Below, piece after piece: positions 1 to 11,465 of a stretch of DNA of 64,000 nucleotides (position 1 is its first letter; the number at the start of each line of letters is the position of its first letter). The translations under genes and the position numbers were made by a program. Origin of the DNA: Felis catus (taxonomy: Eukaryota). Location of the stretch: contig NC_058368.1 of NCBI RefSeq assembly GCF_018350175.1, forward strand, positions 41,480,001-41,544,000. Direction: 5' to 3'. Below the pieces are notes generated by a model, which made no database searches, was not told the DNA's origin, and worked only from the letters and a program-made list of their open reading frames with translations.

Positions 1-62
1 TCCCTCCCCTGCTTTCTCTCTATCTCTCTAAAAATAATAAAAACAAATTTTCTAAAATAAAA
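1..62 (+). mobile_element. Can-SINE 3' end (cut by window edge)
   Basis: CT-rich tract followed by an A-rich AAAAATAATAAAA tail, like the 3' ends of the complete SINEs in this window. Confidence 0.7.
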
Positions 63-649
63 TAACTACTTAAAATAAAGGCCACAATTTTCTTTTATTC
101 AGTATGGCCTCAGCAACTTACATAGTGGCTGGCAATGATCACAAATGCCTTCTTTCTTATCTATCCTGCATTTGTTTAATAAATATTTACAAAAAAGGGA
201 AATTCTGCTAAATTACACTACAAAGAATATTGGTAGAGGTTGTTAGACAGTGATGTCTACAAAGCTCTGTTTATAATTAGTTATGATAGCGATCCCTCCA
301 AATCTGTATGAACAGCTCAAATTGTGCACATCAGTTACAGAATTTCTCCCTGTATAGAAAACCTTTCCCCTTTCTAGCTTCACAAAAGTGCTCACCCTTT
401 TTCTTGAAAGACAATCTCCAGCTGTATGCAAAGATTAAGCAAGCACTTGTTAAGGCTGGCTACCCAACACCAAATTTCTAAAAATAATTTAAAAAAATTC
501 AAAAACACCGAAGTGCTTTGGGAAACAAAAAGAGAAGTTAGTGTCTCATAAACTATGCATGATCATTCATACAGAGAAAATAGGCAAAATTAATATGAAG
601 AAGAAATCCAAAGCTTAAAATGTGTGCCAATGTATTACTTCTGTAAGTA

Positions 650-1230
650 AAGGCTAGTGGAGAGAAACTGCAGAGAAGACAGGAGGTGATGCAGTGGCAG
701 CCAAAGCTGTCATTAGTTTGATTACGCCCACAGAGGTGGCCAGGAAAAATCTCCCCTGTCCATTGCTGACTTGTGTCAGGCAATAGCCATGGAGGCAGAC
801 ACCTACAGGCAAAAGAACAGGGTTTAGGAATTTGAGCAGAAATGGGGTACTCACTCCCAGAAGATTTGGTCCTAACCTGCGGTGCCCCCTGCCTCTCCCA
901 CCCCTCTGTCACTTTCCTGGAAAACAGATCAAGCAAAAGCTATAGTGCCTGCTGCCAAGTCTTTACCTGCAAGTAAGCTGTGTAAAGGATACTACAGGCA
1001 AGGCAGTCTAATAAATGGAAATCTCACCTAGGAAAATGAGAATACCCGATAGCCAGCACTGAGAAACAACTCAACCAACACAAGAACTAACACTTGAGGA
1101 ATCAAAATTAATAGAGCAAGCAGAAAAGATGATGATTTTCTCAAATTACAGTACTTAGAGGAATTAATGACGTTGGGTAATGTTCTAGTTATAGAAGAAA
1201 TACTCAGAATCAGGATTTGGAAATGTCAGC
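650..1230 (+). mobile_element. Old HAL1/L1ME-like 5' region and ORF1 start remnant
   Basis: gaactaacacttgaggaatcaaaattaatagagcaagcagaaaagat (~1084-1130) resembles the recalled HAL1 consensus; boundaries approximate. Confidence 0.4.
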
Positions 1231-2354
1231 ATATACAATCAATCAATTTCATGGTAATATATATATTTTAAGTATAAATATATGTATATATATACGTATA
1301 CATATATATGAAATTGGTTAGCAAGAATAAAATTTAAGTAGCCTCTTGTAATGACATATTAAAGAATGTGCCGTTTTTTCAGGAAAAAAAGTTTCTGTGG
1401 TTGAATCTGATCCAATTTTTCCAAATTATAGATGATGGCCAAGTCCAAGAGAGAGTTAGTGTTCAGAGTAAGAGCCCTCTCTGCAGGCCATGGTCACCAG
1501 GCATCAAAAAGGACCCCTCATGCTAGATGGGGTCACCTCTCTGCAAAATCAATACTTCCTTTGCACATCTGTCTACATCAACATTAGCAGAAGCCAAGTG
1601 GAAGCCTGTATCTCTTACTTATTCTAAGAGCCTTCCCCAACTCAGCATTCATACTCCCTTCATCACTGTCTGTGTCCCTTTTGTCTAAAGTAATCATGCC
1701 GCTCCTCCTTGTTTATGACCATCACACAAGTAGCTCAAGACCCTCAGATTTCCCTTCATCTCCCAAACCTTAATTCTACTATTTCTATACAACTGCCCCT
1801 CCGATCTCCTAAAACGCTCACTATATTCTCTGAAACTCGAAGCAAATCATCACCAAACTCCTTTCTTCTCTTCCTTCTCTTTTTCTTCTTGGAGTAACTG
1901 AAGTTTGGCTCCCTCTGATGCTGCTGTTTCTCCTCAAGTCTATCCAAGATAGAATTTACTACTCTCCCAAAGCTCTCACACGGCTAGGTTTCAGGTCAAG
2001 TAATTATGGTTCTTATTCTCCATTATAGTATCTAATATTTTGGCTTTTGCTTCCTCAGAATACCCAGCGTAAACCTCAAATAATCAAACTACACCTCCCA
2101 TTACAGCTTCTTAAATAGCTAACTGAGTTACTGCCTCATGTTCCTAGATTTTAGCTCCAGGCTTAATGTCATATTCTCCAATACTACTCTTATTATATAA
2201 TATTTGGTGATTTCAATCCACATACATCTTCCTGTTGATGTCACGACCTGATTTCTTGATCTTCTGTCTTTTTCTTAATCTGTTTTCCATTCTATCTCAG
2301 CCATTTCTTTCTTTGATCCTGTCTCTGACTCTGTCTTACCATTATCTTAATATC

Positions 2355-2370
2355 TTTTTTTAATGTTTAT

Positions 2371-2404
<34 letters not shown>

Positions 2405-2553
2405 GGAGGGGAAGGGAGAGGGAGAATCCTAAGCAGGATCTGTCCTGTCAGAGCAGACCCCCACATGGGGCTCAGTCTTACAAACTGTGAGATCATGACC
2501 TGAGCCAAAATCAAGAGTCAGACACTTAACTGACTGAGCCACCCTGGCACTCC
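2355..2553 (-). mobile_element. Can-SINE (older subfamily)
   Basis: Reverse-complement SINE: T-rich tail, (GA)n, gagatcatgacctgagcc, ttaactgactgagccaccc. Confidence 0.95.
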
Positions 2554-3089
2554 TCAATACCTTTCTATGCAAAATTTAAAATATCCAGCTCTTCTGTTGC
2601 CATTTCATGTCTTTCTAGATTATTTCCACTAACACTCCAACACCAACAACTTTGAACCCACTTTCGGCCAACTTATCTAACTTATTCATGATGCCTCATT
2701 CTCCACATGGCCTGTCTTCTCACTTTACCCAACTTAAATTCCACAGTATATCTCTTTCGCATATACTGTCCACTTCATCACTCCTCTCTGTCTTTGTCAT
2801 CCTCTTTTGGTGACACCACAACCCTAGCTAAATCCATCTTTCTCCGTAGTCCATGCTGAATGTGGTTGAGGAAATTCACACTGTGATGCGTGGTCTCACT
2901 CTGAATGTAGCATGTCTTTCGGTCTCTCCAAGGGTCTCTACCATCCTAGTCCAGTTTCACACCTACCCACTGAGACAACTCTTTCATTCTTTCTTCTCTT
3001 TTCTCGATTTCCAATATCTTCTTTCTCATTTTCATTCTCAATCAATGATTATATTGAGCAATGTCATGCTTCTCTGAGAAACATTCTGA

Positions 3090-3162
3090 TCCATTTTGTT
3101 TGTTTGTAGGCCCTTAACTGCAGAATGCTTTCATGTCACACAACAAGCACCTGGTTTTTTTT

Positions 3163-3195
<33 letters not shown>

Positions 3196-3414
3196 TTCCA
3201 GAGGACTACCTGAGAATAATGGAGCCTGTTTGGTAACAAAAGTACTGGGAATTTGCCACTCTTGGAAATCATTTAAACAATGAGTGATGAATACTGTTGT
3301 ATGAAAGTCCAGCTCACTTGCCTTTGATCAGGACAAGTCTTAGGCCTAATTTACACTCCAGAATTCCCCTACAAGATCGGGCTGAATATTTATGGGACTA
3401 TACCTGATTGATTC

Positions 3415-3447
<33 letters not shown>

Positions 3448-3585
3448 CGCTCTTTCCCTGGCCTCCTCCCAGCTATCTCTTAATGGTCTCTCCTGAGAAT
3501 ACTTCCTTAATAAGTTGCTTTCACAAAAATCTTCAGCTCAAGTCTTCTTCTGGAAAACAACAAACAAACAAACAAACCTAAAACA
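3090..3585 (+). mobile_element. ERVL solo LTR, LTR16-like
   Basis: 3' end cttccttaataag...aaaatcttcagctcaagtcttcttctggaaaac...cctaaaaca matches the recalled LTR16 terminus; contains T28 at 3415-3442. Confidence 0.65.
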
Positions 3586-3809
3586 ATGGCTTTGAAGAAC
3601 TCAGAGGAGTTCTACAAGCTATCACCCCATCTACTTATCTATCCACCAGTATATCTTAGGATTTTTCCCATTAAAATGGGAGGACTACATGTACTCAACT
3701 CATGCACTAATTCTCATCTCCTCTTGCTTCCTCAAGAATATCAATTTTTAGCAGATATCTCCTGCATCAGCAGTTTTTCCCTCCCTGATGCACCATTTCC
3801 ATCAGTATC

Positions 3810-4260
3810 TGTTGTGGGTTGAATGATGCCATCCAGACAGGTATGTCCATATCCTAATACCCAGACACTGAGAATGTTACTTTATTTGGAAAAAGAGTCT
3901 AAGCTGATGTAATTAAGTTAGGGGTCTTCACCTGAAAGCATCATGGGTTCACCAGATATGCCCTAAATCCAATGGCAAGTTTTCTGAAGACAGGATGTAG
4001 ATACAGGAATGGGAACAGGCAATATGACCAGGGAGGCAAAGATTGGAGTAACAGAGCCGAGGAGGCCAAGGAGCACCTAGAGCCAAAAGCTGGAAGAAGT
4101 AGGGGAAGGATTTTCCCCAGAACCTCCCAAGGTAGTACAGTTCTGTTAACACCTTGATTTCAGACTTCTGGCCTCCAGAACCATGAGAGGACAAATTTCT
4201 GTATGTTTTAGACCACCTGTTTGTGACTATTTGTCTCAGAAGCTAGAGGAAATGAATATA
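3810..4260 (+). mobile_element. MaLR solo LTR, MLT1C-like
   Basis: Starts tgttgtgggttgaat; contains gatgtaattaagtta and acaccttgatttcagacttctggcctccagaac; perfect 5-bp TSD GTATC at 3805-3809 and 4261-4265. Confidence 0.9.
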
Positions 4261-5050
4261 GTATCCAGATATGTTATTTATCTCCCATGAAAAAAATACA
4301 AAAATGACAAACTTTATCTTAGCCCATTTTCTGTTATAGTTACTATGCCATTTTCTTTCCTTTTACTATGAACGCCCTTGAAAGAATTGTCTCTACTTGG
4401 TACTTCTAATTCCTTTCTTCTCTTTTTTCTAATGAACCCATTCCAATAAGGTTCCCACCCCCACCCCCATATCACTACAAAGAAACTGTTCTTATTGAAG
4501 TTACCAAAGACCTCACTAATAGATTCTAAATCCAGTTTTCATTTCTCAGCCCTTATCTTTCTTGACCTATGAGTAGTAGCCTTTGACAAAGAGGATCGCT
4601 CTCTCTTCCCTTAAATAATTTTTCCACTTACTTCCAGGGGATCTCACTCACCTGTTTTCCATCAACCTTACTCTTGCTGCTTACTTCCCATCACCACAAC
4701 ATCTACAATTTAAATTTCTCTAAGACTTACTCTTTGAATTTCATCTCAAATATTAATATAACTCTTTGGGTAATTTCACCCAATTTTGCAGTTTTAAAAA
4801 ATACCTATATGCTGATTTCTAATTTATATTTCTATTCCAGTCCTCTACTCTGTACTTCAAATCCATATATTAAACTTTTTACTTAATACCTGTACTCAAA
4901 AGTGTAATAATTATGCTAACTGTAACATGTCCAAAGCTGAGTTCTAATATTCATTCTTAATTTCTTCTTACCTCCTAATAGTCTACATCTTAGCTAATGG
5001 CAACTTTATTTTTCCAGTTATGTAGGCCAAAATATTTAAGTCATTTTTGA

Positions 5051-5267
5051 ATGTTTTTAAACGTTTATTATTATTGAGAGACAGTGAGAGATAAAGCATG
5101 AGCATGGGAGGGGCAGAGAGAGGAGGAGACACAGAATTTGAAGCAGGCTCCAGGCTCTGAGCTGTCAGCACACACAGAGCCCAATGCGGGGCTTGAACCC
5201 ACAAACTGTGAGACCATGACCTGAGCTCAAGTCGGACGCCTAGCTGACTGAGCTATGCAGGTGCTCC
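5051..5267 (-). mobile_element. Can-SINE (felid type)
   Basis: Full SINE body; perfect 18-bp TSD TATTTAAGTCATTTTTGA at 5033-5050 and 5268-5285. Confidence 0.97.
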
Positions 5268-5753
5268 TATTTAAGTCATTTTTGATTCACCTTTTACTTG
5301 CTCCTCAAACCCAGGAACTGATAGCACTTAACAGTTCTTCAAATGAACTTCAAATGAATAAGCTCACTTTTCACATTACAACTGCCAATATTCTGATCCA
5401 AGCTAACAACTTCTCTTATGTGGATTACTGAGATAGCCTTCTAAATTGTCTTTCATCTTCTGCTTTTTTCAGTGTCCTCTAAAAATGGCAGACACTGTGA
5501 TACCATTTAAATATAAGATAGCTAATGTTATGTCTCTGCTCAAAACCATCCCACATCTTCCCACATCACTCAAAGGAAGGAACAGATTTCTTCAATGACT
5601 TTGGAGTGCCTACATGATTTTCCTGCTGCCTCTTACTTCTGGGATCCCATCTCCTACTACTGTCTCTCTTGCTTACTCCCCTAAACTGTGATTATTTCAT
5701 AGTATATCAAACAAGCCATGCACACTCCAAACACTGAGAGTTTCTTTCATACC

Positions 5754-5882
5754 TCTTCCCTTCCCTTCCCTTCCCTACCCTTCCCTTCCCTTCCCTCCCC
5801 TCCCCTCCCCTCCCCTCTCCTCTCTTTTCCTTCCTCCTCTCCCTTCTTCTCTTTCTTCTTCTCTCTTCTCTTCTCTTCTCCT
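5754..5882. repeat. Polypyrimidine low-complexity tract (CTTCC/CCCCT/CTCTT)n
   Basis: Directly visible degenerate pentamer repeats. Confidence 0.95.
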
Positions 5883-6428
5883 CAGTTGTTCATCTCCATA
5901 TTAGTTCTTTATAAAAGGCACTTTCTCATACAGAGCTACTGTGGGGTCCTTGTCTAAAATTTCAGTTCTCCTTCCTGCATTGTTTTTCCTTCTTAGCACA
6001 TATCAGCATCTAACATTCTATATATTTAAAATTTTTATATTGTTTATTGTTTGTCCTTATCATAGCTTTTAAAATTCATGAGGTCAGTGATATCTGCCAG
6101 TTATTTTTACTTTTGTATCCCCATTACGTGGTATGTTGTAGGGACATAATTAATAGCTACTGAATGACTAAATATAGTGATAGAAAACATTAGCCTTGAG
6201 AGGTGAAATATCACAGACTACAACATCAAAAAAAGTCACCTTATTTACACCCTTTTGTAATTTCTGGCAATAATAGGAGATTCTCAGGAGACACAAATAT
6301 TACAGATAACATTTAGGTAAATTCATCTGATATTTTAGATTAAGCATTTAATGCCATAAACTATTTAGATCCCCAGTATTCATTTATAACAATATACTTC
6401 ATTTTGACTCAGGATTTTATATTTTTCT

Positions 6429-6646
6429 TTTTTTTTTTTCAACGTTTTTTAATTTATTTTTGGGACAGAGAGAAACAGAGCATGAACGGGGTAGGGGCAG
6501 AGAGAGAGGGAGACACAGCATCGGAAACAGGCTCCAGGCTCCCAGCCATCAGCCCAGAGCCTGACGTGGGGCTCGAACTCACGGACCGCGAGATCGTGAC
6601 CTGGCTGAAGTCGGACGCTTAACCGACTGCGCCACCCAGGCGCCCC
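6429..6646 (-). mobile_element. Young felid SINE (SINEC_Fc type)
   Basis: CpG-rich body with intact B box (GTTCGAGCC on minus strand); perfect TSD AGGATTTTATATTTTTCT at 6411-6428 and 6647-6664. Confidence 0.98.
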
Positions 6647-7220
6647 AGGATTTTATATTTTTCTAAAATAATTAGTATTAACTCCATGCCAGAACATACC
6701 ATACTGTATAGTAGACAATTGAAACATTTCTAATAAAACATTTTTCAATGTTTGTCACTTTTTTGAACTGCTAAAATTATTATGATTAATGCTTATTACT
6801 TTCTATCAGAAAATATATAATATTTATTTCTCTTTAACAAAAGTACAAACAATATACTCATATTAATGATTTTACCTAAATCATGCTACAAACAAAAGAT
6901 ATCTTTCTTTTAAAGATTTTAGGAGAAAAATATTTCTATAGCCCTCCTGATGATAATTATGTTTTAATATTAGCATCAGTGTCCTATATCATTAACAACT
7001 GCCTCTGGTGTCAGTTGAGGTCTCTTTCCAAGAGCTATACCTGAATTATTTTATCACATAATAATTTATATCAAAATATTTCATTAGATACCACCACTTT
7101 CTTATTATACAATATAACTAATTCTAAAGAAGAATTACTGTTAAAGAACTGGGGAAATCTCTGAATGTCAATATATCTCGATTCTAGTTTAGATTCTTTC
7201 AGTAACTAGTTATGAAACTA

Positions 7221-7386
7221 GTCATGATCTCACAGTTTGGGTTAGAGCTCCACGTTGGGCTCTGTGCTGACAGCTCAGAGCATGGAGCCTGCTTCGGATT
7301 CTGTGTCTCCCTCTCTCTCTGCCCCTTCCCCTACTTGCTTTCTCTCTCTCTCTCTCTCTCTCAAAAATAAGTGAACATAAAAAAAG
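7221..7386 (+). mobile_element. 5'-truncated Can-SINE
   Basis: Begins mid-element at gtcatgatctcacagtt; has the (CT)n tract and A tail. Confidence 0.93.
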
Positions 7387-7388
7387 GA

Positions 7389-7444
<56 letters not shown>

Positions 7445-7481
7445 AAAGAAAGAAAGAAGAAAGAAGAAAGGAAAGAAAGAA
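7387..7481. repeat. (GAAA)15 microsatellite with degenerate extension
   Basis: Perfect GAAA units over 7387-7446. Confidence 0.97.
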
Positions 7482-7624
7482 CAGGGGGAAAAAGGAAGTA
7501 CCTAAAGACAAATACAATTATCTGGAGAAAGTATGCGTTTTATAGATTCAATGCACTTATTGTAGAGATAGTCACCCTCAGTTTTTTAGTTTTTATTAAT
7601 TTTGTTAATAAGTACTTAGTTTTT

Positions 7625-7857
7625 GGGGTACCTGGGTAGCTTAGTTGGTTAGGCATCCAACTTCTCTCAGGTCATGATCTCTCAGTTCCTGGGTTCGAGG
7701 CTGCGTCAGGTTCTGTGCTGAAAGCCCAGACCCTGGAGCCTACTTCTAATTCTGTGTATTCCTCTCTCTGTCTGTCCCTCCCCCTCCCCTCTCTCTCTCT
7801 CTCTTTATCTCTCTGTCTCTCAAAAAATGAATAAATGTTAAAAAATAAAATAATAAC
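7625..7857 (+). mobile_element. Can-SINE
   Basis: GGGGTACCTGGGTAGC head; near-perfect TSD aataa(g/t)tacttagttttt on both sides. Confidence 0.96.
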
Positions 7858-8247
7858 AATAATTACTTAGTTTTTCATGGAACAAATATTTGAGGAAAGC
7901 TTGGATACTTGTCATTCAGGAAGCATTCTGCTTGACCTCAAAGGTGCAACAATGGAATGGATAGACATGTTCAGTGCTTCGAATATTCCAGTGTCTTTAC
8001 AACATGAAATTAATTTAAAAAAAATTTAAAAAAAGGGAGAGAGAAAGAAAGAGAGAAAGAGAAAATATTCTTCATTCTCTCTTACTACTGGAGTTTTCTT
8101 AGATAAAGGAGAAAATAAACCATCCACTATTAAAGAGTTAAGGGCTTGGATCTATATAGAAATTAAGCAGTTCCTTCAGAAAAACAATACTATCATGGCC
8201 TCTGAGCCACCTAGATCTGACTTATGTTCCTGATGTTTCTTTAATGA

Positions 8248-8531
8248 TTTTTTACATAAATGTTTTATTTTAGAATAGCTGTGGACTTATGGAAAAATTG
8301 CAAAGATGGTACAAAGAAATGTCATGTACTCCACACTCAGTTTCCCCATTATTAACATTTATATTAGTATTGTATATATGGTACATTTCTCATAATTAAT
8401 GAACCAATATTGATACTACACATTAACTAAAGTCACTACTTAATTCAGATATTTTTAGTTTTGCCCTAACCTCCTTTTTTTTTCTAGGATGAAGGACACA
8501 ACACTACATTTAATTTTCATGCCTATTCAGG
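8248..8531 (-). mobile_element. Old L1 (L1MC/L1MD-like) 3' end
   Basis: aaattgcaaagatggtaca...cagtttccccattattaacattt...aattaatgaaccaatattgatac...aactaaagtc matches the recalled L1M 3' UTR in reverse. Confidence 0.75.
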
Positions 8532-8539
8532 CAATCTTC

Positions 8540-8960
8540 TTTCCTTTGCAGAGGACCCCTTTGTTAGAGAGAGGGCTCAGGGTATATTTCACAATGATTA
8601 CTCTTACCCTTCTGTTGGAAAACATGTACATGAGAACCGGGTTGGTTTCTTGAGTGTGTTACCTCCCACAAAGCAGTCCCAATATTTTCTCACTCTTAAA
8701 CTAATGTCAAGCACTCAGCCTCGTGCATTTATGGAAAATCAACGTTGAGCATTCTTACCAGTTCATGACTTCAGCAGCTTCTACTCCTGGTAGGCAGATC
8801 TTGACAGTGACTTCAAAGATTTGCCTGTCTCTCCAAATTTCAGGGTGTCAGTTTGCTCTGCAACCTCAATTTTCATATGGGTCAAGGAGAAAGTGATCGT
8901 TTTTCAATTTGTAAGAATGGAAGTGACAACATCCCAACTGTTTACATGATGTAGCTGATA
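8540..8960 (-). mobile_element. Old L1M 5' end-like segment
   Basis: tttgcctgtctctccaaatttcagggtg...gtaagaatggaagtgacaac...tttacatg resembles the recalled reverse complement of L1MC/L1MD 5' termini. Confidence 0.55.
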
Positions 8961-9394
8961 TCATGTCTTTGATTTTATGCAGTGTCAAGGCTGAATATGT
9001 TTTGCTGACTTTTATAGTTCTTAAAGATACATCCTAGAGGTGATGGTTGTAAGAAACACTTAAGCTTTAGCTTCCTTCTTGTAGGAACATTTACTTCTTT
9101 TCTGCTGTTTAAAGTAGCATTAGTTTCTTAAAAGACTTCTGCTAAAGAGAGTCATTCTATTAGTAGCTATTAATGAAAAGTCATATCTAGATTTATGATA
9201 TATGTATAAATAAGCAGAGAGAAGAATGCTCTAGTTTTTTGAAAAAAATAAGCAAAGAGTATGTTATTCCTGTATGGGGGGGAATGGGGTACAGAAATGC
9301 TTTTTTCTCTTTTTACAACCATTCTTTCATTGAGAAGATCTTTATGAATCTGGAAAGACAAGGAAAAGAACTCTATTTTTGCTGAAAGTGCACA

Positions 9395-9572
9395 GACTTA
9401 AGAATTCTGCAGCTTAAATTTCCCAATTTCATGTGTGAGATGAAGGTTTCAGCTTTATCCTCTGTATACTGTGGATGATAGTTGTACCCCACAGCCTTCT
9501 TGTGATTAGATTACGAAATGGGCGTATAGCTCCAGAATCGGTACACGTAGTTGGTACTCAATAATCATTAGT
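9395..9572 (+). mobile_element. MIR fragment
   Basis: Degenerate MIR core and 3' end (tcagctttatcctctgta...gtactcaataa). Confidence 0.5.
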
Positions 9573-10944
9573 TTCTCCTCTTTTTTTTTTTTTAATTCAG
9601 TTGGCTACCCTTTCCATCCTATTTCACATCTTTCTGAAGGGACATGAGTTCTTACCGTCTCACTTGACCTTTAATTTGCCCTTGTGAAGAAGGCAAAGTT
9701 TGTCAATAGGGAAATGATACTATTTTGAGTTATTTATATAGTCTGACAACTATGCTACTGACTTAATATTCATTATCTTATTTACTCTCACAATATTCCA
9801 TGTTTATTTTTTGCAGTTTTGGGTCCAAAGACCAAGAAATGTTAACTGTTTGTCTATGATCACATATCTAAAAAGTGGCTAAACCAGAATTGCAATCAAG
9901 TTCTATCAGAAAACAATAATTATGGTTTCATAAACAATCTAAAATTTCATAAAATAAATCTTTCATATATTAATAATGTCTATTTTCATGAAATGGACAA
10001 AGAAAGCCACACTTGCCTGAAACATGAAGACAGAGAATTGTATTTTCTGAGCCCAGATAACAGGCAAATGCAAACTCAAGAAAAAATTTGAACAAAGTAC
10101 GTTTTGCCTAATGCAATTGTTGTGAACAAGTGAAGAAGAAAAAACTGAAACTTGAAAAAGAAGCTGATTGCATTTTTTCGTCAGTGACATCTTCATAAAC
10201 AATTGAACAGAATTATTTTCAATGGCACGTGGGAAATAAATTTCTGAAACAAAATTGTAGAGTCTCCATATAATGTGATCTTCCAAAATGTCTGACCTTC
10301 CCGAGCTAGCATCGAGACTAAGCTTAGTCAGCTTATAGGCTGCTGATTCGGTAAGCCTTTTTAAACTAACAGAATAACTAAAATGATAGCTTAAAACTAT
10401 CTAGATACGCAATGACTATGAGATTAGCAGTTTTCTTCTAACAGGTTAGTTATAGTTGGATTTGACATTTAGCTAATACCTCTTCTTTCATCCAACTGTA
10501 ATTAACACTTGATCTGTAGTCTTAATACATGTACCACAGATGCCACAAGGCCAGAGTGGAACTTTGTGGATTGATGGACGACCTGCCAATGGAACATCTT
10601 ATTTTAATGATGATAGGCTTAAGTAAGCTTTCTTTTATCCTGTCTTACTGGACTTATTGGGATGTGTATTTTGCAACTCGGCTACATTGAAGTTCGAATT
10701 CTCCTACCCTGAGGTACTATATATTTTAGCCAGTTATTTAATCTCTTCAAGTTCCGTGGATTTCGGAAAATTTGCGTAAGATAACATTTTCAGGTCTATT
10801 AGAATGTAACAAGACTTGATTTTCTCTTATATGAGAAGTTAAAAAAAATAATCTTGGGGCCTGTGCTGTTCATTAGATTGCAGAAATTTTCTTTTGAAAA
10901 ATCCAAGTTTTGTGACAGAGATGAGATTAATGTCATAAGCACTA

Positions 10945-11135
10945 AAAGCACACAGACTCCAAAGTGTTTAAATCCGGGTCTGTCCCTTATAAACTCTATG
11001 TCAGTGGAAAGTTGTTCTAACCCCAATGAACTTCAATTTCTTCACCTGTGAAATAGAGATAAAAGCATCTTTCTTATATGGTTATTGTGAGGAATGTTTT
11101 GGGCTTTTTTTTTAATGTGTGTAAATCATCTGTAC
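10945..11135 (+). mobile_element. MIR
   Basis: cttcaatttcttcacctgtgaaatagagataa...ggttattgtgagga is the MIR core. Confidence 0.8.
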
Positions 11136-11261
11136 TTATTAAACCATGACCAGTATTATTATTCAATTAAAACAAAACAGCTTTCTTCTATCCTTACTAT
11201 TGCTAAGAGCACCAATGTAATTCTATTATTCTCTTATGATATAATGAGAAAGAATGCAATA

Positions 11262-11465
11262 TTCTGATTTCAAATATCTACAGAGGCAAGCAATATAAAT
11301 CGGGTGAATCTGAAGTGCAAAATGATATAAACAGAGATGAAGAATGTGTAAACTGGAAAGTGTATGCCCACTGAGAATCTTTTCCAATTGAAAAAGTTTT
11401 AAATGCTACTTTGACCAAACAAATGAAATCTGTAGGATTAATCTGGCCCATTGTTCCCATTGTAA
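11262..11465 (+). mobile_element. hAT-Charlie MITE, MER102-like
   Basis: tcaaatatctacagaggc...aaactggaaagtgtatgccc...gaccaaacaaa...atctgtagga...tggccc resembles recalled MER102. Confidence 0.45.

Larger units (their letters stand above)
1650..6175 (+). mobile_element. Long degenerate L2 LINE (ORF2 region to 3' end) interrupted by younger insertions
   Basis: Pyrimidine-rich strand; L2-like motif accctagctaaatcc...gctgaatgtggttgaggaaattcaca...tggtctcact (~2820-2900); L2-type terminus ...taatagctactgaatgactaaat near 6150-6173. Confidence 0.7.

Noticed and set aside
878..897. CTCF-like motif (GGCAGGGGGCAC on minus strand)
   Set aside because: Only the 3' core matches, the CC 5' part is missing, and it lies in a probable old LINE relic.
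10316..10329. Perfect 14-bp palindrome GACTAAGCTTAGTC
   Set aside because: About four such palindromes are expected by chance in 64 kb (1 in 4^7 per position).
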